The notes beneath the pieces were generated by a model that saw only the letters and a program-made list of their open reading frames with translations, was not told where the DNA came from and searched no databases. Made by a program: the position numbers and the translations under genes. 64,000 bases of DNA from a bacterium. Its GTDB lineage: Bacteria; Patescibacteriota; CPR2; UBA1875; CAIMLA01. Position 1 is the first letter of the stretch. The number at the start of each line of letters is the position of its first letter. The stretch is from positions 2,334 through 66,333 of the forward strand of contig JBAXUE010000002.1 in assembly GCA_037129835.1 (NCBI GenBank), written 5' to 3'. Positions 20,501-30,134 of this stretch are shown here, one piece after another.

Positions 20501-21355
20501 GAGGAACTTTTCGAAGCTCGTCAGCCAAAAGGTCAGGCAATCCTTGCAGAGATGTCAGGTATTGTTAGAGTCGAAAGTGCTAACGGAAAACACAAGATTG
20601 ATATTGTCTCAGATGTTCTTTCTGAAGATGTCTATGACATCACTGGACTTACTGCTTCAGTGAAAAATAACCAATTTGTTGAAATGAAAGACGTTTTAGC
20701 ATCAAAAGATGGCAAAAAGCAGATGAAGGCAAAGAACAGCGGTACTGTGAAGATAAAAGACGGAGCAATCCGTGTGATTCGTGAAGCAGAAGTAAAGAGC
20801 TATTCAGTGCTTAACCAAGTTGGTCTCTATGTTAAAGACGGAGATGTTGTCGAAGTCGGAACACAGATCACCGAGGGTTCATGGAATCTTCAGGACGCTC
20901 TCAAATTGATGGGTGAAAACGCAGTTGAGCGATATATTATGACCGAAGTTCAACAAACTTATGCTTCTCAAGGACAATCAATCAACGACAAACACATCGA
21001 AATAATCATTCGTCAGATGTTTTCTCGTTGTCGTATTGATGAAGCTAGCGGAACACCATTTATCGCTGGTGAAATTGTTTCTCGTTCTTCATTGCAAAGA
21101 GAAAACAATCTTACCAAAAAGGCAAAAACAAAGCCTGCTGAATTCACAAACTTGCTACTTTCAATCACTAAAGTATCTATCACAACTGATAGTTTCTTAT
21201 CTGCAGCTTCATTCCAAGAAACAAGCAGAGTGCTTATAGGCGCAGCGGTCGCAGGTAAGGTCGACGATCTTAGGGGTCTTAAAGAAAATGTAATTATTGG
21301 CAAACTAATACCTGCAGGTACGGGTTTTGCTAAATCATTGACCAGAAGCAAATAA
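17594..21355 (+). CDS. rpoC: DNA-directed RNA polymerase subunit beta'
   Basis: NADFDGDQM catalytic motif, a zinc-binding CX2C...CX2C N-terminus, about 1253 aa. Its ATG overlaps the rpoB stop (ATAATGA). Confidence 0.97.
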   Translation: MIISETKNDHFKAIKLSIASPKHILDWSHGEVTKPETINYRTLKPEKDGLFCEKIFGPAKDWECYCGKYKRIRYKGVICDRCGVEVTRSIVRRERMGHIKLAVPVTHIWFLRGVPSSIGLTLNLSARDLEKVAYFANYIILSVDEDAKIASKKKIDEEFKARKTEIEATVKDAEERQSQVEDLEQYRAAARDDLNQINKLEIISESKYRDFSLKYGEVFSAGIGAEAIQSLLEGIDLEQLVTSLRTEVETAQGVKRKKSIKRLKLIEGFVAAQIRPEWMITTILPVIPPDLRPMVQLDGGRFATSDLNDLYRRVINRNTRLKKLLDMDAPEVICRNEKRMLQEAVDALIDNNARRDKNVSMASSRKKLRSIADMLKGKQGRFRQNLLGKRVDYSGRSVIVVGPYLKLDQCGLPKMMALELFKPFVISKLITDGIAHNVKSASRMIERGRNEVWDALDDVIKGKYVLLNRAPTLHRLGIQAFKPVLIEGKAIQIHPLVCSAFNADFDGDQMAVHVPLSVQAQKEAAEIMLSTKNLLKPAAGEPVVKASQDIILGIYWMTVIPETKETKDSKDMKAYSTKEEAIMSYDLGYISVREQIKAPVEGVLIETTVGRLLFNEILPEGYGYINNELTSKKLTAIIETIFRDFGDVETVKFVDKMKDLGFEFSTLSGLSLSMDDFKIPSDKAEILAKFGLKEEHTATQYNEGLITSDEKYAKTLEIWMEARDEVMNSMAREMDPNSSAAIMMNSGARGNLSQMAQMAGMKGLVVNASGRTIEFPIKSNYKEGLSSLEYFSSTHGARKGLSDTALKTSDSGYLTRRLVDVAQEVIVTEKDCGTKRGTVITRGDSSKIGEDFAARVISRVLAKDVVVEKTGEIILKKGVLVGTEEFAKIEDAKIDEVTIRSALTCESVWGICQHCYGSDLARGGMIALGEAVGIIAAQSIGEPGTQLTMRTFHAGGIAGIDITQGLPRVEELFEARQPKGQAILAEMSGIVRVESANGKHKIDIVSDVLSEDVYDITGLTASVKNNQFVEMKDVLASKDGKKQMKAKNSGTVKIKDGAIRVIREAEVKSYSVLNQVGLYVKDGDVVEVGTQITEGSWNLQDALKLMGENAVERYIMTEVQQTYASQGQSINDKHIEIIIRQMFSRCRIDEASGTPFIAGEIVSRSSLQRENNLTKKAKTKPAEFTNLLLSITKVSITTDSFLSAASFQETSRVLIGAAVAGKVDDLRGLKENVIIGKLIPAGTGFAKSLTRSK

Positions 21356-21389
21356 TTTGGTAAAATCTATTAGATTTTGAAGGGAAAAA

Positions 21390-21797
21390 ATGCCAACAAT
21401 TAATCAACTTATTAGAAAACCAAGAAAAAGTCCAAAGTCGAAGAGCAAATCACCAGCACTTCAACGTGGTTTTAACGCTCTCAAAAACAGAGCAACAATA
21501 TTACCTTCACCACAAAAGAGGGGAGTATGCGTTAAAGTTACTACCACTACACCAAAGAAGCCGAATTCGGCTCTTCGTAAAATAGCTCGTGTTAGACTTA
21601 CAAACGGCATGGAAGTAACTGCATATATTCCAGGGATTGGTCACAATCTTCAGGAGCACAGCGTGGTTATGATTCGTGGCGGTCGAGTAAAGGATCTTCC
21701 TGGTGTTAGATATCATATTGTCAGAGGTACCTTGGATACGGCAGGAGTTGCAAATCGAAAACAAGGGCGCAGTAAATACGGCGCTAAGAAAGCGTAA
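21390..21797 (+). CDS. rpsL: 30S ribosomal protein S12
   Basis: [10 protein letters not shown]... with conserved S12 residues throughout. Confidence 0.95.
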   Translation: MPTINQLIRKPRKSPKSKSKSPALQRGFNALKNRATILPSPQKRGVCVKVTTTTPKKPNSALRKIARVRLTNGMEVTAYIPGIGHNLQEHSVVMIRGGRVKDLPGVRYHIVRGTLDTAGVANRKQGRSKYGAKKA

Positions 21798-21809
21798 GGG
21801 AGTAATAAA

Positions 21810-22286
21810 ATGCCAAGAAATCCAAAAAAAGTAGAAAAAAGAATTCTGTTACCAGATGCAAAATATAATAGTGTTTTGGTAACTAAATTTATAAACAAAA
21901 TTATGTTAGACGGCAAAAAAAGTCTTGCACAGCGACTAGTTTATAGCGCTATTGACGAAGCCGGCAAAAAAGTAAACAAAGAAGGCCTTGAGGTCTTCGA
22001 AACAGCAATCAAAAATGTTTCTCCAGTTCTTCAGGTTAAATCACGTAGAATCGGTGGGGCAACTTATCAAGTTCCTATGGAAGTTAAGGGAGACCGACGT
22101 CTTCATTATGCTTTCGCATGGGTTCGTGACGCCGCTAGAAAGCGAAGTGGTCTTTCTTTTGATAAAGCGCTCGCTATCGAGCTTGCAGATTCTTACAACA
22201 ACGTTGGAACAGCAATCAAGAAAAGAGAAGACACCCACAAGATGGCAGAAGCCAACAAAGCCTTTGCTCATTTCGCAAGATACTAA
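21810..22286 (+). CDS. rpsG: 30S ribosomal protein S7
   Basis: MPR.PKK...DAKY.S..V.KFIN..M.DGKKS signature. Confidence 0.95.
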   Translation: MPRNPKKVEKRILLPDAKYNSVLVTKFINKIMLDGKKSLAQRLVYSAIDEAGKKVNKEGLEVFETAIKNVSPVLQVKSRRIGGATYQVPMEVKGDRRLHYAFAWVRDAARKRSGLSFDKALAIELADSYNNVGTAIKKREDTHKMAEANKAFAHFARY

Positions 22287-22312
22287 ACAATTAATAATTT
22301 AAAATTCCTTTT

Positions 22313-22371
22313 CGTCATCCTGAACTAGATTCAGGATCTCACGAGATTTCGAAATGATTTCGGAATGACGG
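22313..22371 (+). repeat. Palindromic intergenic element of the TGTCATCC family (copy 4), in the rpsG-fusA spacer
   Basis: CGTCATCC, an 8-bp hairpin ATCCTGAA/TTCAGGAT, the GGATCTC box, and a terminal GGAATGACGG. Confidence 0.5.
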
Positions 22372-22394
22372 CGGGGTCAGGGGGACGGGTTTTT

Positions 22395-24485
22395 ATGCCT
22401 AGAGAATATTCATTAGACAATACAAGAAACATCGGAATCGCCGCGCACATTGATGCAGGTAAGACTACAGTTACTGAGCGTATTTTATACTACACCGGCA
22501 AAACACATAAAATCGGTGAAGTTCATGAAGGCGCAGCCACTATGGACTGGATGGAACAAGAACAGGAGAGGGGAATTACTATCACTTCTGCTGCTACTAC
22601 TTGTTTTTGGAAAAAACATCGAATCAATATTATCGACACACCCGGACACGTTGACTTTACCGTTGAGGTAGAGCGTTCTTTACGCGTTTTGGATGGTGCT
22701 GTTGTAGTTTTTGATGGTAAAAACGGCGTAGAGCCTCAATCGGAGACTGTTTGGCGTCAAGCTGATAAATACAGTGTTCCTAGGATCGCTTTTGTTAACA
22801 AGCTAGACGCTATCGGTGGGGACTTCTACATGTCTCTTGAATCGATCAAGGATAGACTTGGCGCGAATGCAGTTGCAATGCAGCTGCCTATAGGCATGGA
22901 GTCTGGTTTTTCCGGCGTTGTAGATCTCATGGAAATGAAATCTATCAATTATGGTAATGAAGATATGGGCAAGGAACAGAAAATCGAAGAAATTCCTGCG
23001 GATATGCTAGAAAAAGCCCAAGAATATAGGGCTACTATGGTAGAAAAAATTTCTGAAACTGACGATGGACTTCTAGAGAAATTTTTCGAAGGCGTCGAAC
23101 CTACAATACCAGAGCTAAAGAAAGCTCTTAGGGCTGCCACTATCGCTAATAAAATCGTAGGTGTTTTTGCAGGTACTGCTCTTAAGAATAAAGGCGTTCA
23201 GCCGATGCTGGATGCTGTTATTGATTATTTGCCAAATCCGCTAGAAGTTCCAGCTGCAAAGGGCGAAGATCCAAAGACTGGAGAAGAGATAGCTGTTGAG
23301 AGTACTGATGATGGCCCATTCTGTGGCTTAGTATTCAAGATTGCTGCTGACCCATTTGTCGGAAAGCTTGCTTTCTTACGTGTTTATCGCGGTAAACTGA
23401 CTTCTGGAAGCTATGTTTTAAACGTAGCTACTGGTGAGAAAGAACGCATCGGACGTATTGTTCGGATGCACTCAAATACTCGTGAAGAAGTTTCCGAGGT
23501 ATTTGCTGGTGAAATCGCTGCTGCTGTAGGGCTGAAGAATACTCTGACTGGTAACACCATATGTGATCCAGCTCATCCAGTTCTTCTTGAGAATATTACC
23601 TTCCCAGAGCCAGTTATCCAGGTTGCTATTGAGCCAAAGACCAAAGCAGACCAAGAGAAAATGGGTATCGCACTTTCTAGACTTGCCGAAGAGGATCCTA
23701 CTTTCCGTGTTCATACTGACGAAGAGACCAGCCAGACAATTATTGCTGGAATGGGTGAGCTTCACCTAGATATCCTAGTCGAAAGAATGAAACGTGAATT
23801 CAAGGTAGAAGCTAATGTTGGTAAGCCTCAAGTTGCTTATCGTGAAAGTATCAAATCTTCTGTCAAACAAGAAGGTAAATTTGTTCGTCAATCAGGTGGA
23901 CGCGGACAATATGGTCATGTTTGGATCGAAGTTGAGCCGAACGAAGAAGGCGGCGGTTTCGAATTCATCAACAAAATTGTTGGTGGAACGATTCCAAAAG
24001 AATATATCAATCCCGTACAGAACGGTATCAGAGAAGCGCTTGATAATGGTGTTATTGCCGGATATCCAGTAGTAGATGTCAAAGTGACTTTATACGACGG
24101 TTCTTTCCACGAAGTCGATTCAAATGAAATGGCCTTTAAAATTGCTGGTTCTATGGCGCTTCAAGAAGCTGTCCGTAAGGCAACTCCGATTATCCTTGAG
24201 CCTATTATGAAGGTAGAAGTTACTGTCCCAGAAGAATATATGGGTGATATTATGGGAGATCTCAATTCAAAACGCGGTAAGATACAGCAAATGTCAGATA
24301 GGGGAAATGCCAAGATTGTTGACGCATTTGTACCTCTTGCTGAGATGTTTGGTTATGCTACAAACTTGCGTTCTATGACCCAAGGTCGCGGTACAAGTAC
24401 TATGGAATTTGATCATTATGAGGAAGTTCCTAGAAATGTTGCCGAAGAAATTATCGCTAAACGTGGTAAAAAACAAGCAGAATAA
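22395..24485 (+). CDS. fusA: Elongation factor G
   Basis: Start [25 protein letters not shown] matches the canonical EF-G N-terminus. G1-G5 motifs and domains II-V are present. Confidence 0.95.
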   Translation: MPREYSLDNTRNIGIAAHIDAGKTTVTERILYYTGKTHKIGEVHEGAATMDWMEQEQERGITITSAATTCFWKKHRINIIDTPGHVDFTVEVERSLRVLDGAVVVFDGKNGVEPQSETVWRQADKYSVPRIAFVNKLDAIGGDFYMSLESIKDRLGANAVAMQLPIGMESGFSGVVDLMEMKSINYGNEDMGKEQKIEEIPADMLEKAQEYRATMVEKISETDDGLLEKFFEGVEPTIPELKKALRAATIANKIVGVFAGTALKNKGVQPMLDAVIDYLPNPLEVPAAKGEDPKTGEEIAVESTDDGPFCGLVFKIAADPFVGKLAFLRVYRGKLTSGSYVLNVATGEKERIGRIVRMHSNTREEVSEVFAGEIAAAVGLKNTLTGNTICDPAHPVLLENITFPEPVIQVAIEPKTKADQEKMGIALSRLAEEDPTFRVHTDEETSQTIIAGMGELHLDILVERMKREFKVEANVGKPQVAYRESIKSSVKQEGKFVRQSGGRGQYGHVWIEVEPNEEGGGFEFINKIVGGTIPKEYINPVQNGIREALDNGVIAGYPVVDVKVTLYDGSFHEVDSNEMAFKIAGSMALQEAVRKATPIILEPIMKVEVTVPEEYMGDIMGDLNSKRGKIQQMSDRGNAKIVDAFVPLAEMFGYATNLRSMTQGRGTSTMEFDHYEEVPRNVAEEIIAKRGKKQAE

Positions 24486-24515
24486 TAATCATATAAAAGT
24501 ATAAGACATAATTCA

Positions 24516-24543
24516 AAAAGAGTCCGAAAGGGCTCTTTTTGTA
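24516..24543 (+). terminator. Rho-independent terminator after fusA
   Basis: GAGTCC-gaaa-GGGCTC stem with a GNRA-type loop, followed by TTTTT. Confidence 0.6.
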
Positions 24544-24602
24544 TGGCTAAATTAGTATATATTTATTACAATATAACCAAAGAGTTTAATAAGGGAGATA
24601 AT

Positions 24603-25499
24603 ATGGAACCAGATTCAAGCGAAGAGAACATCGAAGTAGAAACAAATGAAGTAAGTACGGAAAGTATGGAACAACCAGCAGAAGATGTGAGGCCAGAAGA
24701 ACCTGTAGTGCGGGAAATGCCAAACCAGCCAGCACCAGTAGTAGAAGAACCGGCACCACAGCAAGCAACTCCGGCAGTACAAGCACCAAGAGCCACTGCT
24801 AGTGTTTCTGGTGATAAAGTAAGTGTGTCTGGCTATCTGGGCAGTCTGAAGAAACTTTTTACAAATCCGACTGAATTCATCAAGGAGCTTTCGGCCAAAA
24901 TTGACAACACGATAATATTTGTTTTAATAAATGTCGCATTTATGGTTTTGGCTTATTTTATAACATCTATAATTGGTTCTCTAAGCGCGGAGATAGATAT
25001 TACTGGCCAGCTTTTTTGGGAAATAATAAAAGTTCAATTTTTTACAGTTATATCAGGAATTGGTTTTCTCGCTATCGTTGCCTTGATCGCCTTTTTGTCG
25101 GGTAAAATTAGTCAAAAACAAGCTACTTTTGCAGATAATTTGGCAGTGAGCTCTGTCTTTTCACTTAATTTCTTGGCAATCGGTGTTAGCTCCTTTTTCG
25201 GACTTTTTTACATTTGGTTTCCTAGTATTGCTCAATTTGTCTTACTTTTACAAACAGTGATACCAAGCCTAGCATTGGTCTATTCAACCGTAATTTTGAT
25301 TCAAGCACTCGTCGAATTGTACCAATATTCATATCTCAGAGCAGTCTTGATATATGTTACATCAAGCATAGTAATATTGTTTATAGTGGGGCAACTATTT
25401 ACGTCTTTTGACTTATATTTTAATGTAGACTTCGGCTCAGTAGGTGGGGGCATCAGTGGAATCAGTTTAGTTAGTATGATGAACAATCTTAGTTTCTAA
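24603..25499 (+). CDS. Membrane protein with an acidic/Pro-rich N-terminal region and a C-terminal multi-TM domain (unknown function)
   Basis: An AAGGGAGA RBS precedes the ATG at 24603. The N-terminal ~90 aa are E/P/A/V-rich (EEPAPQQATPAVQAP), followed by about 5 TM helices. Confidence 0.55.
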   Translation: MEPDSSEENIEVETNEVSTESMEQPAEDVRPEEPVVREMPNQPAPVVEEPAPQQATPAVQAPRATASVSGDKVSVSGYLGSLKKLFTNPTEFIKELSAKIDNTIIFVLINVAFMVLAYFITSIIGSLSAEIDITGQLFWEIIKVQFFTVISGIGFLAIVALIAFLSGKISQKQATFADNLAVSSVFSLNFLAIGVSSFFGLFYIWFPSIAQFVLLLQTVIPSLALVYSTVILIQALVELYQYSYLRAVLIYVTSSIVILFIVGQLFTSFDLYFNVDFGSVGGGISGISLVSMMNNLSF

Positions 25500-25540
25500 A
25501 TTTCCTGGGTTATTAACTCAAAAACAATCATTAAAAGTAT

Positions 25541-25569
25541 TGCACAAAATAGTTATTTATAGTAATATT
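25541..25569 (+). promoter_or_regulatory. Sigma70-type promoter TTGCAC-N17-TAATAT upstream of tuf
   Basis: -35 TTGCAC at 25541-25546, a 17-nt spacer, and -10 TAATAT at 25564-25569. Confidence 0.5.
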
Positions 25570-25654
25570 TGTAGGCAAAATGAATAGCAAACCACCACGC
25601 CGTAGGGCGCGGATGGTTTAAATGTGTAAAGTAACAAAATAAAAAAAGACAAAA

Positions 25655-25700
25655 TAATCCGCCTACGTTAGCAGCGACGGACGGACAAGAAGGAGACAAA
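25655..25700 (+). promoter_or_regulatory. Conserved 5' leader segment immediately upstream of tuf; duplicated upstream of rplC
   Basis: AATCCGCCTACGTTAGCAGCGACGGACGGACAAGAAGGAGACAAAATG shares about 35/45 nt with 30322-30369. Confidence 0.45.
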
Positions 25701-26876
25701 ATGGCTGAAGTTTATAAGAGAAACAAACCCCATGTAAACGTTGGTACTATCGGACACGTAGATCATGGTAAAACTACCCTTACAGCAGCAATTACATCTG
25801 TACTTGCAAAAAAAGGCCTAGCTACTGCTAGAAAATTTTCTGATATTGATAATGCTCCAGAAGAGCGAGAACGTGGTATTACTATTGCGACTTCTCATCA
25901 AGAGTACGAAACAGAGAAACGTCACTATGCGCACGTTGATTGTCCTGGACATGCCGATTATGTAAAGAATATGATCACTGGTGCTGCACAGATGGACGGC
26001 GCGATTTTGGTTGTAGCTGCTACTGACGGTCCTATGCCTCAGACTCGTGAGCATATCCTACTTGCTAAACAAGTTGGTGTTCCAAAGATCGTTGTTTATA
26101 TGAACAAATGCGACATGGTTGATGACGCAGAGATGCTTGACCTTGTTGAGATGGAAATTCGTGAACTTCTTACTAAATACGAATTTGATGGTGACAATGC
26201 TCCTATCATTCGTGGTTCAGCATTAAAGGCTTTAGAAGGCGACGCCAAATACGAAGAGTCTATCATGGAGCTAATGAACGCACTTGACGAATACATCCCA
26301 GAGCCTATTCGTGACACTGACAAACCATTTATGATGGCTATCGAAGATGTTTTCTCGATCAAGGGTCGTGGAACAGTTGCTACTGGCCGTATCGATCGTG
26401 GTATTGTCAAAATCAATGATGAAGTTGAAATCGTCGGAATCAAACCTACTCGCAAGACTGTTGTTACTGGAATAGAAATGTTCAAGAAACAGCTCGAGCA
26501 AGGTCAAGCTGGCGACAACGCTGGTGTACTACTACGTGGTATTGAGAAAAATGACATCGAACGTGGTATGGTACTTGCTAAATCTGGTTCAGTTACTCCT
26601 CATACCGAATTTGAAGCACAAGTTTATGTCCTTACCAAAGAAGAAGGTGGACGTCACACTCCATTCTTCAAGGGTTATAAACCTCAATTCTATATCCGAA
26701 CAACTGATGTTACTGGCGAAATTGAATTTGAAGGTGAAATGATTATGCCTGGCGATGACGTCAAGATGATCGTTAAACTTATCCAACCAATCGCTATCGA
26801 AGAAGGTCTTCGTTTCGCTATCCGCGAAGGTGGCCGTACAGTTGGCGCCGGTGTTGTAACCAAGATCAACAAGTAA
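25701..26876 (+). CDS. tuf: Elongation factor Tu
   Basis: [15 protein letters not shown] and NKCD GTPase motifs, about 391 aa. Confidence 0.97.
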   Translation: MAEVYKRNKPHVNVGTIGHVDHGKTTLTAAITSVLAKKGLATARKFSDIDNAPEERERGITIATSHQEYETEKRHYAHVDCPGHADYVKNMITGAAQMDGAILVVAATDGPMPQTREHILLAKQVGVPKIVVYMNKCDMVDDAEMLDLVEMEIRELLTKYEFDGDNAPIIRGSALKALEGDAKYEESIMELMNALDEYIPEPIRDTDKPFMMAIEDVFSIKGRGTVATGRIDRGIVKINDEVEIVGIKPTRKTVVTGIEMFKKQLEQGQAGDNAGVLLRGIEKNDIERGMVLAKSGSVTPHTEFEAQVYVLTKEEGGRHTPFFKGYKPQFYIRTTDVTGEIEFEGEMIMPGDDVKMIVKLIQPIAIEEGLRFAIREGGRTVGAGVVTKINK

Positions 26877-26888
26877 TAAAGGTATATA

Positions 26889-27209
26889 ATGGCAGAAAAG
26901 ACTGAAAAACAAAGAATCCGAATCAAGCTAAAGGCGTATGATAACAAAATCATCGATCAGTCTACGGCTCAAATCATTGAAACAGCTGTTCGCAGTGGTG
27001 CTAAAGTAGCGGGTCCAATCCCATTACCCACCGATAGAACACCGATAACGGTTCAGAGTGCTAGTTTTGTCAACAAGAATGCAAGAGAGCAGTTTGAGAT
27101 GAGAGTTCACAAGAGACTCCTTGATATTACTGATTTTTCTGCAAAAACAGTTGATAGTCTAATGAGTTTATCCCTACCTGCCGGAGTTGATATCGAAATC
27201 AAGATGTAA
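26889..27209 (+). CDS. rpsJ: 30S ribosomal protein S10
   Basis: [11 protein letters not shown]...LD..T..IV...K..GA.V.GP.PLPT signature. Confidence 0.95.
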   Translation: MAEKTEKQRIRIKLKAYDNKIIDQSTAQIIETAVRSGAKVAGPIPLPTDRTPITVQSASFVNKNAREQFEMRVHKRLLDITDFSAKTVDSLMSLSLPAGVDIEIKM

Positions 27210-27210
27210 T

Positions 27211-27241
27211 AAAATCCCCCGAGAAATCGGGGGATTTTTTA
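27211..27241 (+). terminator. Strong rho-independent terminator immediately after rpsJ
   Basis: AATCCCCCGA-gaaa-TCGGGGGATT stem followed by TTTTTT. Confidence 0.8.
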
Positions 27242-27310
27242 ATATTATCAAAGTGATATTTTGTCAAAGTTGGATAATAAATAGTTTATGACAAATAAAG
27301 GATTTGAATT

Positions 27311-28129
27311 ATGTACCGCGCTTGTAAAATGAATGTAAATACAATTGATAAAAAAGTGATAGTCGAGATAACTAGGGTATGTAATCTCAATTGTGAACAT
27401 TGTTTGTACTCGGAGTTTTTAAATACACCAACTTTATATATGCCGATGGAGAAATATATCGAAATTATTGAGACATTTGCCTCCAAAGGATTTTCTAGAG
27501 TGGTTCTTACGGGAGGGGAGCCTACATTGCACCCTCAGCTGATTAAAATGTCGAAATACGCACGAGCTAGAGGCTTTACGGTTTCTATATGTACAAATGG
27601 TGTTATAAATATGGATGAAGAAATGCTCATAGCATTTCCTTTTGCAACCTTTACAATTAGTCTGGATTCGCATATACCCGAGGTTCACGACTTATTTCGT
27701 GGTCGCAAGGGAGCATTTAAGAAAACTATACTTTTCATAGAAAAGCTTAAACAAAAAGGTAAGAATGTTTCTATACACATAGCCCTCGGGGAGTTTAATA
27801 TAGATCGGATAGATGAAACTATTACATACGCTCTGGAGTTTAGCCGTGAGGTAGTCCTCGCTACTGTATATCTAAAGAATCAAAATGATAATATCGAATA
27901 TCAATCGAAGCTTCAAGCAGTAAAAAAACGTTATTTATTATCACAAGAAGTGATTTTGGTCGGTTTTGCGGAATATTGTGAAAACCCAGATTGTCTTTAT
28001 GGGAAAAATATTGTATTTATTAATAAAGATGGAAACAGTGTTGATTGTTATTGGAAGAAAAACGGTGGTAAGATAATATCAATAGATTCAGCATTAACTA
28101 GGAAAGTCGTAGGCATTGAAGAGAATTAG
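27311..28129 (+). CDS. Small radical SAM enzyme (272 aa)
   Basis: CX3CX2C motif (C24-N-L-N-C28-E-H-C31), a glycine-rich GGEP SAM motif at 68-71, and three further Cys near the C-terminus (C223, C228, C246) that could hold an auxiliary cluster. An AAAGGA RBS is present. Confidence 0.8.
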   Translation: MYRACKMNVNTIDKKVIVEITRVCNLNCEHCLYSEFLNTPTLYMPMEKYIEIIETFASKGFSRVVLTGGEPTLHPQLIKMSKYARARGFTVSICTNGVINMDEEMLIAFPFATFTISLDSHIPEVHDLFRGRKGAFKKTILFIEKLKQKGKNVSIHIALGEFNIDRIDETITYALEFSREVVLATVYLKNQNDNIEYQSKLQAVKKRYLLSQEVILVGFAEYCENPDCLYGKNIVFINKDGNSVDCYWKKNGGKIISIDSALTRKVVGIEEN

Positions 28130-29201
28130 CGATAAATATCAAATATTTGATAAGAATGAGGTTGAGATACTAGCAGAACAGCTAGAATCTGGGAAATTGT
28201 CCGGTACCAGTGTAGCTATTCAAGATTATGAAGATGATTTGTCTCAATTCTTTGATGCAAAGTTTGCCGTTGCTGTATCGTCTGGTACTGCCGCTATTCA
28301 AGTTGCACTATTTTCGCTCGGGCTTTCGAAAGGGGATAAAGTCATGTTAACACCGACTTGTCCAATGATGACAGTGTATCCGATAATTTTTGCAGGTTTA
28401 GTGCCGGTATTTGTTGATACTGAAGCAGATTCATTCGGTTTTGATATTGAAGATGTGGTTAAAAAGTTTGATTCTAAAGTAAGGGCGGTTATAGATATCC
28501 CAATGTGGGGTTATCCAATGGACGTGAAGAAGCGTCAGGAATTTTGTCATAGTCATGACTTGTTATATATCTTAGACTTAGCGCAAGCTCATGGCAGCAA
28601 ATTCGGAGGCAAATATCTATCAAAATATTGTGACGTCGCTTGCTTTAGCACGCACGATAGAAAGATACTTTCCACGGGGGAGGGTGGATTTATATTAACT
28701 GACGATAGGCAGACTGCTGAATCGGCAAAGTCTTTCACTCAATTTGGTTTCATGAAAGGTGTTGATTTCGGGTTAAATTATAAATTGGGTGCGTTGCAAG
28801 CAACCATAGGAAAAAACAGATTGAAACAGGTAAATAGTCAATTAGTAAAACGTAAAGAAAATTCAGATTTACTAAGATCCCTTATTAAAAATAATTCAGT
28901 TAGTGAATTTAAGATAACAGAAAGGGGAACTGCCAACTATTATACATATTTACTTAGTTTAAGGTTTAAGGATAATCTGGGTTTTATCAAATATCTTGAA
29001 GAGAAAGGTATCCCATCAGATATTACGAGGTATTCATATCTTCCTTTGTATGAATTGCCAGCATTTTTAGAATATGGGACGGTTTGTGCAAATGCCGAAC
29101 TCTTATCAAAAACGATAACTACCATCCCGGTTCACCCGGGGATTACAGTGGATGATATCCAATATATAGCAGAGTGTATTAATTTATATGAGGAGAGATA
29201 A
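28116..29201 (+). CDS. DegT/DnrJ/EryC1/StrS-family PLP-dependent aminotransferase
   Basis: Family motifs AVAVSSGTAAIQVAL, GDKVMLTPT, PVFVD, ILDLAQAHG, and FSTHDRK-ILSTGEGG with the catalytic Lys in the canonical position. TTG start overlapping the upstream gene by 14 nt. Confidence 0.8.
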   Translation: MKRISDKYQIFDKNEVEILAEQLESGKLSGTSVAIQDYEDDLSQFFDAKFAVAVSSGTAAIQVALFSLGLSKGDKVMLTPTCPMMTVYPIIFAGLVPVFVDTEADSFGFDIEDVVKKFDSKVRAVIDIPMWGYPMDVKKRQEFCHSHDLLYILDLAQAHGSKFGGKYLSKYCDVACFSTHDRKILSTGEGGFILTDDRQTAESAKSFTQFGFMKGVDFGLNYKLGALQATIGKNRLKQVNSQLVKRKENSDLLRSLIKNNSVSEFKITERGTANYYTYLLSLRFKDNLGFIKYLEEKGIPSDITRYSYLPLYELPAFLEYGTVCANAELLSKTITTIPVHPGITVDDIQYIAECINLYEER

Positions 29202-29659
29202 TGGAGAAACATTTTACAGCTTCGGCTTTAGTATTTAATTCGGCTGGACATATATTACTATTAAAACATAAAAAGTTAGGCGTTTGGCTTGACCCGGGTG
29301 GGCATATTGAATCTGACGAAACGCCAGATGACGCCATAGTACGAGAAGTAAAGGAAGAAACAGGGCTTGATGTAGAGATAATTTCTGAAATCGACACCAA
29401 CCTTTCTGACCCAATCAATGATATAACTCCGCTAGCAAAACCATATACTATTCTTTCCGAACTGATTAGTAAGGGTGATGAATCTCATTATCATATAGAC
29501 TTATTCTATATTTGTAAGATAGTAGGTGGTGAAACATTGTCTGCAGGTGAAGGGGAGTCAGTAGAAGTAGGGTTTTTCTCTGAAAAAGAGATTGGGGAAC
29601 TCGAATTATTCCCTAATTTTAGAAAACTGCTCGAGAAAGTATTTTTAGAACGCGGATAG
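29201..29659 (+). CDS. Nudix hydrolase
   Basis: Nudix box GGHIESDETPDDAIVREVKEETGL (GX5EX7REUXEEXGU). The ATG shares an A with the aminotransferase stop (TAATG). A GGAGAG RBS is present. Confidence 0.8.
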   Translation: MEKHFTASALVFNSAGHILLLKHKKLGVWLDPGGHIESDETPDDAIVREVKEETGLDVEIISEIDTNLSDPINDITPLAKPYTILSELISKGDESHYHIDLFYICKIVGGETLSAGEGESVEVGFFSEKEIGELELFPNFRKLLEKVFLERG

Positions 29660-29698
29660 TTTTTAATAAGTGTGATTCGCATCAAAGTTATTGTTAAT

Positions 29699-29730
29699 AA
29701 GCGCTCTGCATAGAGCGTTTATTATTTTTG
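29699..29730 (+). terminator. Hairpin plus T-run terminator after the Nudix gene
   Basis: CGCTCT-gcat-AGAGCG stem followed by TTTATTATTTTT. Confidence 0.5.
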
Positions 29731-29744
29731 TATCTCAGATAACG

Positions 29745-29773
29745 TTGACATATCTTGTTTCTGGTAGTAAAAT
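29745..29773 (+). promoter_or_regulatory. Consensus sigma70 promoter TTGACA-N17-TAAAAT driving the GC-rich small ORF
   Basis: TTGACA at 29745-29750, an exactly 17-nt spacer, and TAAAAT at 29768-29773. A GGAGGG RBS follows about 35 nt downstream. Confidence 0.55.
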
Positions 29774-29813
29774 TACCAAGTTTTGTACCCTAGTCCCGTA
29801 GGAGGGATGCAAC

Positions 29814-30134
29814 ATGGCAAGACCACGAAAGCGGCTTGACCCAACGTTGGCTGGCAATCTGATATTCTCTATTGCCGGTATCTCCGATGATCACAACTTG
29901 GTGGAAATCGCTGACATCGTCAAAGAAGAGATCGGATTGTGGCAAGCTTGCATCGATCACCCCGAAAGGCGCAACTACCGACTCCATGTAGTCGGCGGCT
30001 CGGACCAGAAACTCCCAGATTTCGTCCTTGAGCACAAAGATGAGACATATACGTCTGCAGTTGCAGACGTATGGGACCTCGACGTAGAGGTTCTGGACGA
30101 AGATTCTCACCTTCGGGTGACCTGTCGTCTCTGA
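29814..30134 (+). CDS. 106-aa hypothetical protein in a compositionally foreign (about 50% GC) island
   Basis: A GGAGGG RBS lies 5 nt before the ATG, with its own promoter upstream. The acidic product has no recognisable motif. Overlapping antisense ORFs exist because of the high GC. Confidence 0.4.
   Translation: MARPRKRLDPTLAGNLIFSIAGISDDHNLVEIADIVKEEIGLWQACIDHPERRNYRLHVVGGSDQKLPDFVLEHKDETYTSAVADVWDLDVEVLDEDSHLRVTCRL

Noticed and set aside
17720-21351. Numerous antisense ORFs inside rpoB/rpoC, e.g. 18346-18726, 19462-19926 and 21013-21351, and inside r-protein genes (e.g. 37904-38398)
   Set aside because: They are antisense to highly conserved genes. The products are low-complexity Ser/Ile/Leu-rich with no RBS. 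This is the typical antisense-frame artefact.
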